Source: a virus (lineage: Duplodnaviria > Caudoviricetes). Taken from it: a stretch of 27,219 nt of DNA. The translations under genes were made by a program, and so were the position numbers. Where the stretch lies: IMG/VR virus record IMGVR_UViG_3300009095_000062, positions 1 to 27,219 of that record; one strand, given 5' to 3'. Shown here one piece after another: positions 7,682 through 15,559 of the stretch. Numbering within the stretch: the stretch's first letter is position 1; each line of letters begins with the position of its first letter. The notes under the pieces were generated by a model. It searched no databases and was not told where the DNA came from. It saw only the letters and a program-made list of their open reading frames with translations.

Positions 7682-8646
7682 GCAGCGGGACCTTGGGGCG
7701 GCGGATCGTCGGGACCAGCAGCACCGAACCCACCAGCACCGGCGCGGCGGTGCCGTCGGTCAACACGCGGCACAGCTTGTGGCCGGAGCGGTGGCCGGCG
7801 ATCGCGCTGCAGGAGTGCATCGACACGATCGAAGCCGCACCTCCCGAACAGCAGCCGGAGGTCCGGCGGAACCTTCCGTGCGCGGACTGCCCCGAGAACG
7901 CCCGCTGCCTGAACGCGAAACGCAAGGAGATCGGGCCGCTGCTGTTCGACCGCGAGATTCAGACGAGCCCCCGTGCCGCCGAATCCTCGCTGTTCCCGCG
8001 GGAGTTGATGGCCCCGATGCTCGACGCCGACTCGGAGTGCCTGCCGCACTACCGCAAGCCCTTCGGCGTGGAGGAGCGCTACCTGGTTGTGTCCGGGTGG
8101 GACTTGGCGTGGAGCGAGAAGGTCGGCGGCGACTACCTGGTACGGGTGACGGCGCTCGCCGACCGGCGCACCGGCCGGTTCCGGCTGCTCGACCTGTACC
8201 GCGAGCGTGGGCTCCGGTACACGCAGCAGTGCGAGCTGATCGAAGCCGACCACTACCGGTACTCCACCGACCTCGTCGTTCTCGAAGGCGACGCCGCCCA
8301 GACCATCTGGCGGCAACACCTGGAGGAATCGACCAGCGTCCCCGTCGTCAGCCACAACGTCGCCGGCCAGAAACGCGACCTGCACGTCGGCGTGCCCGGG
8401 CTGTTGATCGACTTCTCCAACCGGCGCTGGACCCTGCCCCATCGGCCCGGAGGCCGCGGCTACGAGCTGGTCGAGGTGCTGCTCGACGAGTTCGAGGCGT
8501 TCGGCTGGCAGGACGACAAGCTCGAAGGCAGCGGCGAACACGACGACACCGTGATGGCGTTCTGGCACTGCTGGTGGGGGCTGCGGCTGATGCTCGGCGG
8601 CGCCGGAGACGAGGTGTATCGCGGAATCCAGCCAGGACGCGCCTAA
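7678..8646 (+). CDS. terL: Terminase large subunit, RNase H-like nuclease domain only, 322 aa
   Basis: SLWPERW, FDREIQTSP, SGWDLA...GDY, VVLEGD and EHDDTVMA motifs. Own SD (GAGG) and ATG 7678. Confidence 0.88.
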   Translation: MSSGTLGRRIVGTSSTEPTSTGAAVPSVNTRHSLWPERWPAIALQECIDTIEAAPPEQQPEVRRNLPCADCPENARCLNAKRKEIGPLLFDREIQTSPRAAESSLFPRELMAPMLDADSECLPHYRKPFGVEERYLVVSGWDLAWSEKVGGDYLVRVTALADRRTGRFRLLDLYRERGLRYTQQCELIEADHYRYSTDLVVLEGDAAQTIWRQHLEESTSVPVVSHNVAGQKRDLHVGVPGLLIDFSNRRWTLPHRPGGRGYELVEVLLDEFEAFGWQDDKLEGSGEHDDTVMAFWHCWWGLRLMLGGAGDEVYRGIQPGRA

Positions 8647-8664
8647 CAAGGGAGGGCACCAGCG

Positions 8665-10293
8665 ATGACCGCCGCCACGATCGGGAGCCGGGAGAAGACC
8701 TGGCCGACCCGAGACGACTACGAACGCGACCAGGAGCAGCAGCGTCGCGATGCCGTGATCGAGCGCCGCGCCTACTACGACGGCACCCAGTACAACGACG
8801 ACAACGCCGACTGCGCCCGGCAGCTCGAAGCCGGCCAGGTCGGCAGCGGCGAGAAGAGCCTGGTGCGGTTGCTGTTCGAGAAGTTCCAGCTCCCCGAACA
8901 CCTCCGCAAGCACGCCTACTCCACGCAGATCCGCGAGTGCATCGACTTCATCAGCGACCGGCTGGCGCAGGGGTTCGCGGTCGATGCCTCACCTGCCCCG
9001 GTGCAGGAGGTGATCAGTGGGTGTCTGGATGCGACGCCGGAGCTGTCCGCATCGGACGAGGACGAGCAGCGGTCGATCACGACGGTGCTGCGGGAAGCGA
9101 CCAAGTGCGGCGATGTCCCCGTCCTCATCCGGTGGGATGCGGCAGCCGGGGCGTGCTGGCTGGAGTTCTGGGACTCCGAGCAGGTGGAGATGCGGTTCAC
9201 CGACGGCCGCCCCAACCGCCTGGAGAAGGTGAGCGTGCGGCAGATCGACTGGCGGGTCCTCGATGGTGAAACCCGGCAGGTCACGCTCCGCCGCGAATGG
9301 ACCCTCGACGGCGAGCCCGGCGCGACCCGCTGTGTGGAGCGGGTCTACATCGAGCGCGACGACGACCAGGAGGACCAGCTCGCTGAAACGCACGAGTGGG
9401 GCGTGCCGGTGTTGCCTTGGTGGCCGATCCGGGCGCACACCGAGGGACTTCGCGCGACCCGCGGCACGAGCTTGATCAGTGAGCAGGCGATGCGCACTGC
9501 CGACCGCTACAACGCCGTGGAACAGGTCTCCTGGTTGATCGCGCGCTACAACTCGCACGGCAACCTCGTGGTCACCGGTGATGCGGCCATGATCCAGAAC
9601 GGGGACAAGCCCATCCACAAAGACGTCGCCGACGTGCTGACCTTCCCAGGCGGCACGAGCGCCGAAGTGATCACGCTGCCAACCGATCCCGCCATGATCG
9701 AACACCAGCGGGCGGTGCTGCTGGAGGCGTTGTACTCCTCGTTCGGGCTCACGCGGGTCGACCAGGAAACCGTCACCAACCTCGGTGCGATCAGCGGCTA
9801 CGCGCTGGAAATCCTCAACCAGCGCAGCGAGGTCACCTTCGCCCGCACCCGCGCTCAACTGATCAAGGACATCAAGGCGCTGCTGATGCTCGTCGTGGAC
9901 TGCCACACGGCATGGTCGACGAGCACCCCCGACGAGGACTCCGGAGACGCCGAGCCGGCCACCCCCGCCGCGAGCCTCACCGACACCTACCCGCAGCGGG
10001 AGATCACGGTCCACCTGGGCACCGGGTACGTGGTGGACAAGGCCCTCATCCGCGACGACTACCTGTCGGGGCTGATCAGCCAGCGGGAGGCACTGCGGCA
10101 GCGCGGCTACACCGACGAGCAGATCGACGACATCGAGAACGAGCAGGCCGAGGAACGCGACGTCCGCTCCCCGGCCCAGCTCGGCGAGACGCAACCGTTC
10201 GCCGGTGCCGCAACCCAAGCCGGGCGGACGGTCGGCACCGCGCAGCGCCAGGAACCCAACCGCAACGGTGAACCGGTCGGAGGTGCGCTGTGA
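8665..10293 (+). CDS. Portal protein, 542 aa
   Basis: Follows TerL, SD GGGAGG, RRAYYDG near the N-terminus and ISGYALEIL motif, appropriate size. Confidence 0.88.
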   Translation: MTAATIGSREKTWPTRDDYERDQEQQRRDAVIERRAYYDGTQYNDDNADCARQLEAGQVGSGEKSLVRLLFEKFQLPEHLRKHAYSTQIRECIDFISDRLAQGFAVDASPAPVQEVISGCLDATPELSASDEDEQRSITTVLREATKCGDVPVLIRWDAAAGACWLEFWDSEQVEMRFTDGRPNRLEKVSVRQIDWRVLDGETRQVTLRREWTLDGEPGATRCVERVYIERDDDQEDQLAETHEWGVPVLPWWPIRAHTEGLRATRGTSLISEQAMRTADRYNAVEQVSWLIARYNSHGNLVVTGDAAMIQNGDKPIHKDVADVLTFPGGTSAEVITLPTDPAMIEHQRAVLLEALYSSFGLTRVDQETVTNLGAISGYALEILNQRSEVTFARTRAQLIKDIKALLMLVVDCHTAWSTSTPDEDSGDAEPATPAASLTDTYPQREITVHLGTGYVVDKALIRDDYLSGLISQREALRQRGYTDEQIDDIENEQAEERDVRSPAQLGETQPFAGAATQAGRTVGTAQRQEPNRNGEPVGGAL

Positions 10294-10972
10294 CCACCAC
10301 CAGCAGCCGCACCAGCCACGCCCGTCAGGTGGTTGGTGCGTCGCAGACGCTCATGGACGGGCTTCTCGACGCCGAGGACACGTGCTTCACGAACCTCGAC
10401 GCCGGGCTGCAACGGGTCGCCGATGCCACCCGCGAACGCATCATCGCGGCGGCGCGGTTGTCGGGGGCGCGGTTGCTGCGAGCCGAACTTCTCCCCGAGG
10501 ACCGGTGGCTGGCGGGCGTGGTTCTGCCCCCGATCTCCGAGCTGGTCGCGGTCGCGCGGGAACGAGCGCTGTCGGTGGTGGGACGGCAGATGCAGCTCCT
10601 CGCCGGGACGCTCGGTACCGCTGCCCGCGATGCCGCCACCGCAGGCCGCACGGCCGCCGCTCGCGACGCTCCCGACGTCGAGCGGATCGTGTACCTGGCC
10701 GCGACCGACGCCCTCATGAACGCCACCCCACCGGTTCGGGCCGCCATCACCGAGCAGCGCCGCATCTGGCAGGCCCGCCACGAACCGCTCGACGCGCTCA
10801 CCGCTCGCGTGTGCTCAGCCGAGCGGGTCGGGCTGCCCGGCGCGTCCCGCGGGGTGTGTGGAGGCTGCGGGCGCCGCTGCACGCCGCAGCCCGCTCCGCG
10901 AGCGTGGACACCTGCAACGCGCTGCTGCTGGCGGGAATCCGAGGCTGGAATGACCACCCCGACACCCCGTAG
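10290..10972 (+). CDS. Putative MuF-like minor head protein, N-terminal helical part (apparent 1-nt frameshift near 10851-10862; about 227 aa if corrected)
   Basis: GTGA overlap with the portal gene. Coding-like codon bias moves to the -1 frame after GGGGTGTGTGG (WRLRAPLHAAARSASVDTCNALLLAGIRGWNDHPDTP*). Confidence 0.55.
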
Positions 10973-11912
10973 GCCCCGGCTGCCGCGGCTGCGGAAACAA
11001 CTGCTGGCCGTCGTCGACAGCCGGACCACGATGGTCTGCTTGGACTGCGCCGGCCAGATCCGCGAGGCGGACGAACCGTTCGAGACGCTGATGGGCAGCT
11101 TCGCGGCGCCACCGTTTCACCTGCATTGCCGGTCGATCGTGGCGCCCTACACCCCCGACATGATCAACGAGCAGCGCGACGCCGCCAACGCGGAGATCCG
11201 CGCCCGGCCCCGCAGCGAGAAGCGTAAAGGCCCCCACGGCTACGAAGGTCCTCTTCCACCTCCGGCTCCGGCATCGGCCGCGGTGCAAGTGCTCCGGCCA
11301 CGACCGGACACGCTGCCCCCGGCGGCGGGGGCGCGGTTGCCCGGCGCGCACCGGCAGCTCACCGACTGGACTCCGCTACTGGCGCGGCTGGTCCGGGTCG
11401 CTCGCGACCGCGCAACCCCCGGGACCGATCCGGTGCTCGCGGCGATCGCCGAGGAGCAGCGGTTCGCTGCTCGACCTCGGGTAGTCTCCGCCGGCCAGCT
11501 CACCCGCCTGATCCACCAGACCGGGGCGGTGGAGGTGTGGCGCGGGGTCACCGGGCCGGACGCGGCCACGCTCGCCGAAGAGCTGCGCACAGGCGCCTAC
11601 ATGCCCACGCTCGGGATCTACGGGGCGGGGCTTCAGTTCACCACCAGCCGCAGCACCGCAGCTCGCTACGCTGCGGGAGGCGTACTCGTGCGGGCGACGC
11701 TGGTCGCCGAGGCCCGCACCATCACGTGGGCTGAGCTGGAGGAGCTGATGAAGACGATCGCCGACCAGCTCTCGCCCGCTCGGCGACGGCGCTTCGAGAT
11801 CCTGTTCACCGACCCCGGCCGGTTCGCCGCCGCGCTCGGCTACGACGCCGTTGTCCTTCCCAACGGAGAGCTGCTGGTGCTGAACCGGACCGCGTTGGTG
11901 ATGACCCGATGA
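10950..11912 (+). CDS. MuF Cys/His domain fused to an ADP-ribosyltransferase-like C-terminal domain, 320 aa
   Basis: DSRTTMVC...PPFHLHCRS is the MuF/SPP1 gp7 signature. The C-terminal WRG, GIYGAGLQFT, AARYA, GYDAVV and GELLVLN motifs follow ART-fold order. GAGG before ATG 10950. Confidence 0.75.
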   Translation: MTTPTPRRPRLPRLRKQLLAVVDSRTTMVCLDCAGQIREADEPFETLMGSFAAPPFHLHCRSIVAPYTPDMINEQRDAANAEIRARPRSEKRKGPHGYEGPLPPPAPASAAVQVLRPRPDTLPPAAGARLPGAHRQLTDWTPLLARLVRVARDRATPGTDPVLAAIAEEQRFAARPRVVSAGQLTRLIHQTGAVEVWRGVTGPDAATLAEELRTGAYMPTLGIYGAGLQFTTSRSTAARYAAGGVLVRATLVAEARTITWAELEELMKTIADQLSPARRRRFEILFTDPGRFAAALGYDAVVLPNGELLVLNRTALVMTR

Positions 11913-12100
11913 ACCCCGACGTGTCCCGCCGGGTCGCCGCCGCGATTCCCCGCATGGACGACCTCACGCTGCCCGACCGGCACATCATCGCCCGCCACGT
12001 CGACGAAGCCGACAGCTTCGAGTCCCTGCCGGAATGGCTCCGGGCTCGGGTTCTCCGCGCCGAACGAAGTGCTACGTCGTGGCGGGCCGCGCCTCGATGA
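11909..12100 (+). CDS. Small helical protein, 63 aa; candidate partner or immunity protein for the MuF-ART
   Basis: ATGA-coupled directly behind the ART-like domain; GC3-biased codons. The function is inferred from position only. Confidence 0.65.
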   Translation: MNPDVSRRVAAAIPRMDDLTLPDRHIIARHVDEADSFESLPEWLRARVLRAERSATSWRAAPR

Positions 12101-12266
12101 AGACGAATGGCACCTGCTCGTTCAGATGCCAGGAATGGTCAGCGACGATGTACTCGTCGTCGTCTTCGTCGCCGGTGTAGATCCGTTCACCGACACGAGG
12201 CAACAGTGAGAGGTCGCCCGTCCACAGCGTGTTGTGGGTGTCGTAGTCGACGATCTTGACCATCAT
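12072..12266 (-). CDS. Hypothetical small beta-rich protein, 64 aa
   Basis: SD AAGGAG; LPRVGERI...YIV pattern; last gene of the minus-strand cassette. Confidence 0.7.
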   Translation of the reverse strand: MMVKIVDYDTHNTLWTGDLSLLPRVGERIYTGDEDDDEYIVADHSWHLNEQVPFVFIEARPATT

Positions 12267-12293
12267 CGCGCTCTCCTTGGTGCAGCTCTGCGG

Positions 12294-12599
12294 TCAACGA
12301 GCTTGATGCCCCAACGCTTTAAGGACATCGGAAATCCACACCAGAGCGTAAGGCGGGACCGGCTCACCGCGAGAGAGCAGCTGCGCAAGATTGTTCCAGG
12401 ACTCCGAGAGCTGGCCGACGGTCAACTGGTCCGGGTTCGGCTGCGTGTAGATGTCGTAAGCCGCTTCCGGCGAAATCGACCAAAAGAAGTCCTTGTCGAG
12501 TTCGACGGTTTCCCCTACCTGCTGTTCCAGGTTGTCTAGCGCTTGGTTGAGCACCCGGCGCAGAACCTCGACCGAAACCACGGACTCGTCGTCGCTCAT
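12294..12599 (-). CDS. Putative immunity protein, 101 aa
   Basis: Small, acidic and ATGA-coupled to the toxin stop; VELDKDFFWSI...YD...LTVGQLS pattern. Confidence 0.7.
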   Translation of the reverse strand: MSDDESVVSVEVLRRVLNQALDNLEQQVGETVELDKDFFWSISPEAAYDIYTQPNPDQLTVGQLSESWNNLAQLLSRGEPVPPYALVWISDVLKALGHQAR

Positions 12600-13762
12600 T
12601 TTGCACCCTTGTAGATCTTGTCGATGTTGTCCCGGAACGTCTGGATCTCCTTGTCCAGGTGCCTGACGCGGCCGTCGATGATCCGCTGCCGGACTTCGTC
12701 GTTCGGGGCGTTCTTGAGAATACCTTTGTTGTCGTAGGCTTCTGGGTCGCGCTTGTACGCCTCCAGCTTTTCTTCGTGCTCCTTGATGAGCCGTTCATAC
12801 GACTCGACGGAGCGTCGATCTGACGGCGACAGCTCCGAGGGGTCTCGCGTTGATTCTTCGGCCGCAGCGTCCGACTCGTCGGTGTCGACAACCTCCGTAG
12901 CGTCGTCGCCGGCCGCCTCGGCGCCCAGGCCAGCCATCGCGACGCCCATCATCCCCACGCCAGTGGCGATGCCCGCAGTTGAGACGGCCCCAAGCGGGAC
13001 TCCGGCAACCGCTCCTGCTCCGGTGGCATCCAGGACCACTCCGGCGGTCTCTCCCGCGGCGCTTACGGTGGTGAGCGCCGCACCACCCACCACGCCAAGC
13101 ACCATCTCCGGGTGGTTGAGCGCGGCGTTGCCGAAGGAGGCAACGGCGTTGACCGCGGCTCCCGCGGCGTTGCCAATGGCTTCCCCGGCTTGTTCCAGCC
13201 AGCTTCGTTCGGGGGCTTTATCGCGTGCCCGACCGACAACATCGGCGGCTTGCTCGGCTGCGGTCTTGAGCTGGTCGCGAGCACGATCAAGCAGGGCTCG
13301 GGCTTGTTGCCGTTTCGCCTCCCCCGGGTCTTGGAAGGGGATGTTGACCGGGCCGGACCCCGGCGGTGCTTGTTGCTCGGCCTGCGAGACGGCACGGTCG
13401 TGCTGCTTCTTGGCGTAGCTGGTCTCGGCTTCGCCCTCGTTCCACAAGGCGATCGCTTCCTGGGCCTGCTCTTGCGCCCAGGCCAAGGTCCCGCTGTAGC
13501 GCTCCAACGCCTGGGCGGCTTGATGGAAGCAGTCCCCAGCTTCCAGCCACTTCGTCGGCTCACCGTCGAACGCGGCCCGGAACTGTTCGGCCGCCTCGCC
13601 CTCCCAGCCCTCGGAGCTGTCGATGCGTTTCAGCCCGTTGCCTGCTTCGTGCAGGTTGTCGCCGTAGGACTTCATCGCGGCAGCGGTCTCAGCAACCGCG
13701 TCCGGGTAGCCGGGAACGAGAGCCCTGGGGTCGGTGGTGGTTCCGAGTTCGGCTGCCATCAC
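12596..13762 (-). CDS. Putative type VII-secreted polymorphic toxin, about 388 aa
   Basis: ELGTTTDPRALVPG N-terminus, helical hairpin with WxG (GWEG), Gly/Ala-rich hydrophobic pre-toxin stretch, then a charged helical tip (IKEHEEKL...YDNKGILKNAP...RHLDKEI). Confidence 0.8.
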   Translation of the reverse strand: MMAAELGTTTDPRALVPGYPDAVAETAAAMKSYGDNLHEAGNGLKRIDSSEGWEGEAAEQFRAAFDGEPTKWLEAGDCFHQAAQALERYSGTLAWAQEQAQEAIALWNEGEAETSYAKKQHDRAVSQAEQQAPPGSGPVNIPFQDPGEAKRQQARALLDRARDQLKTAAEQAADVVGRARDKAPERSWLEQAGEAIGNAAGAAVNAVASFGNAALNHPEMVLGVVGGAALTTVSAAGETAGVVLDATGAGAVAGVPLGAVSTAGIATGVGMMGVAMAGLGAEAAGDDATEVVDTDESDAAAEESTRDPSELSPSDRRSVESYERLIKEHEEKLEAYKRDPEAYDNKGILKNAPNDEVRQRIIDGRVRHLDKEIQTFRDNIDKIYKGAK

Positions 13763-14082
13763 TGCGCCGCCGGGTCGTCGCCACCGTCGCGCTGCACCAT
13801 GCCCTCGAAGTGCGCTCGGGCTGCTTCGTCGGTGTGCCGGTAGACCTCAACGCAGTGGGCCAGCCGCCCCGAGATCTCCTTGGCGTCGTCGGTCAGGTTG
13901 GTCACGCCCTCGTTCCAGCGGTCGCAGAACTCGGCGACCGTCGTTGCGAGTCGGTCGTGTCCGAAGGCATCGGCCGGGCAGTCGATGTCGCTGACCTTGT
14001 GCCTGTTCATCGAGTCGATCGTGTCCTGCACACCTTTTGAAGCGTGGGTCAAGGCAGTCAGGTCGACGCGAAATCCGTCCAT
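13759..14082 (-). CDS. WXG100-like/EspC-like type VII secretion partner, 107 aa
   Basis: GFRVDLTAL N-terminus, FGH...FCDRW centre and C-terminal YxxxD/E signal (YRHTDE). Overlaps the toxin start. Confidence 0.82.
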   Translation of the reverse strand: MDGFRVDLTALTHASKGVQDTIDSMNRHKVSDIDCPADAFGHDRLATTVAEFCDRWNEGVTNLTDDAKEISGRLAHCVEVYRHTDEAARAHFEGMVQRDGGDDPAAQ

Positions 14083-14194
14083 CAGGGTCAGCTCCGTCCT
14101 CGGGGTCGTCTACAGGCCACGGCACACCCTAGAGACGCCGCCGAGCGCCGTCCGCCAGATGGAGATCATTCCCACGAACGGCCGAACCCAGTCT

Positions 14195-14258
14195 CGTGTG
14201 ACACGTGCCCGGTGCCGCGGGCCGTGGTGTGCGCCGGTTGCGTGATCGCGCTGATGAT
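14195..14258 (+). promoter_or_regulatory. Putative late promoter 2 (CGTGTGACAC box plus -10-like GATGAT)
   Basis: 10-mer identical to 20865-20874, with a NAnnnT hexamer at offset 58. Located where the + strand operon resumes after the toxin cassette. Confidence 0.55.
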
Positions 14259-14280
14259 CCGGGACGACCCGACCAACCAC

Positions 14281-14873
14281 GGGGACACCACCACCGGGCA
14301 CCACCCCGCACGCGGCACCGGTTCCGGGGCCAGGGGCACAGGTGAACGGGACACACAGGTGGACCAGACACCGGGGACAGGAAGGCAACGATGGCAGACC
14401 ACAACGCGGACACCGGCCCCGACTGGGACGGGGACACCCCCAGCCCGAGCACCGCCCCCGACCACACCGGCAACCCGGATACCGGCGGGGACACCAACGG
14501 GGACGCGAGCGGGGAACCCCTGCTCAACGATGGGGACACCGGGCAGCCGGCCAACGCCCAGGAGGACAAGCCGCTGACCCGCGCCGACCTGGAGGACGCC
14601 GCACAGCGCATCGCGGACAGGCAGGTCAACGCGCTGCTGAAGGAGCTCCGCGGCGGGAAGAACCGGCGCCGGGAGCGCGACCCCGACGGGGACAACCGCG
14701 GGGACAACGACCGCGCCCGCACCACCGACGACCGCTACGACATCCGCGAGGCGCGGATGGCGTATCGGGAATACCTCGGGGACCGGCACCGGTTCGTTGA
14801 CCCCTCGGAGCGGGAGCTGGCCAACACTCTCGGGTCCTCACTGATCGGGACCGAACTCGCCGAGCACGGGGAC
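14281..14873 (+). repeat. Dispersed GGGGAC direct-repeat array
   Basis: Exact copies at 14281, 14373, 14430, 14487, 14499, 14532, 14688, 14700, 14778 and 14868, all on the + strand. Confidence 0.7.
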
Positions 14874-15128
14874 CCCGATCGCGCCGGACGCCGCGCCGCC
14901 GAGCAGGTCGCCGGACAGCTCTCCGCGTACCGGAAAGCCATCGAGACCGCGACCATCAACCGGCTCCGCACCCGCGGTGCCCTGATCACCGAGCCCGGCC
15001 GGGGCGGGGAGTCGCCGCCACCGGGATCGGGACCGTCGCAGTCGACCACCGCTGATCTGCGCGCTGCGGCGCGATCGATGGCGGAGGAGTTCAACCGCGA
15101 ACAAGGACACCCCACACCCACGGGGTAA
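14391..15128 (+). CDS. Capsid scaffolding protein, 245 aa
   Basis: Acidic low-complexity N-terminus, helical core and Pro/Gly-rich C-terminal region. Sits before the decoration and capsid genes. Confidence 0.78.
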   Translation: MADHNADTGPDWDGDTPSPSTAPDHTGNPDTGGDTNGDASGEPLLNDGDTGQPANAQEDKPLTRADLEDAAQRIADRQVNALLKELRGGKNRRRERDPDGDNRGDNDRARTTDDRYDIREARMAYREYLGDRHRFVDPSERELANTLGSSLIGTELAEHGDPDRAGRRAAEQVAGQLSAYRKAIETATINRLRTRGALITEPGRGGESPPPGSGPSQSTTADLRAAARSMAEEFNREQGHPTPTG

Positions 15129-15148
15129 CGAACCAGTTGGAGGCAGTC

Positions 15149-15547
15149 ATGCCGGGTGGCGGTTTCACCGCCGGGCTCACCACGCAGCGCGATCCGTTGT
15201 CCGGGTCGGTGGAGTTCCTGGCGTCGCAGAACTACACGGTCAAGCGCTCCGGGATCACCCTCGACGCCAGCGCGGTCACCGCCGACGCCGACGGCAACAA
15301 GATCGTCCGCGGTGGCACGGTGCTGTACCTGAACTCCAGCACCGGCAAGTACGCCCCCACCCCCGCCGAAGGCGCTACCGGCGACGTCGCCGCCCCCAAG
15401 GGGCTGCTGTTCGCCGGGGACATCAACCTCGCCGATGGCGACACGGTCGCCGGGCTGCTGATCCAGGGCTCCGTTGTCGAGGCCCGCTGCACCGGCGTCA
15501 CCGCCGAGGTGAAGGCCGCACTCGGCGACCGGATCATCTTCCAGTAA
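15149..15547 (+). CDS. Head decoration protein, 132 aa
   Basis: Start revised to ATG 15149 after GGAGG. GITLD...GNKIVRGGTVL...GKY...GLL and terminal IIFQ patterns; directly before the capsid gene. Confidence 0.8.
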   Translation: MPGGGFTAGLTTQRDPLSGSVEFLASQNYTVKRSGITLDASAVTADADGNKIVRGGTVLYLNSSTGKYAPTPAEGATGDVAAPKGLLFAGDINLADGDTVAGLLIQGSVVEARCTGVTAEVKAALGDRIIFQ

Positions 15548-15559
15548 GGAGGCGCACTC

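Noticed and set aside
14281-14873. Possible CRISPR array or iteron origin
   Set aside because: The repeat unit is only 6-8 nt, irregularly spaced and mostly coding, with no cas or rep gene nearby. Kept only as a short-motif array.
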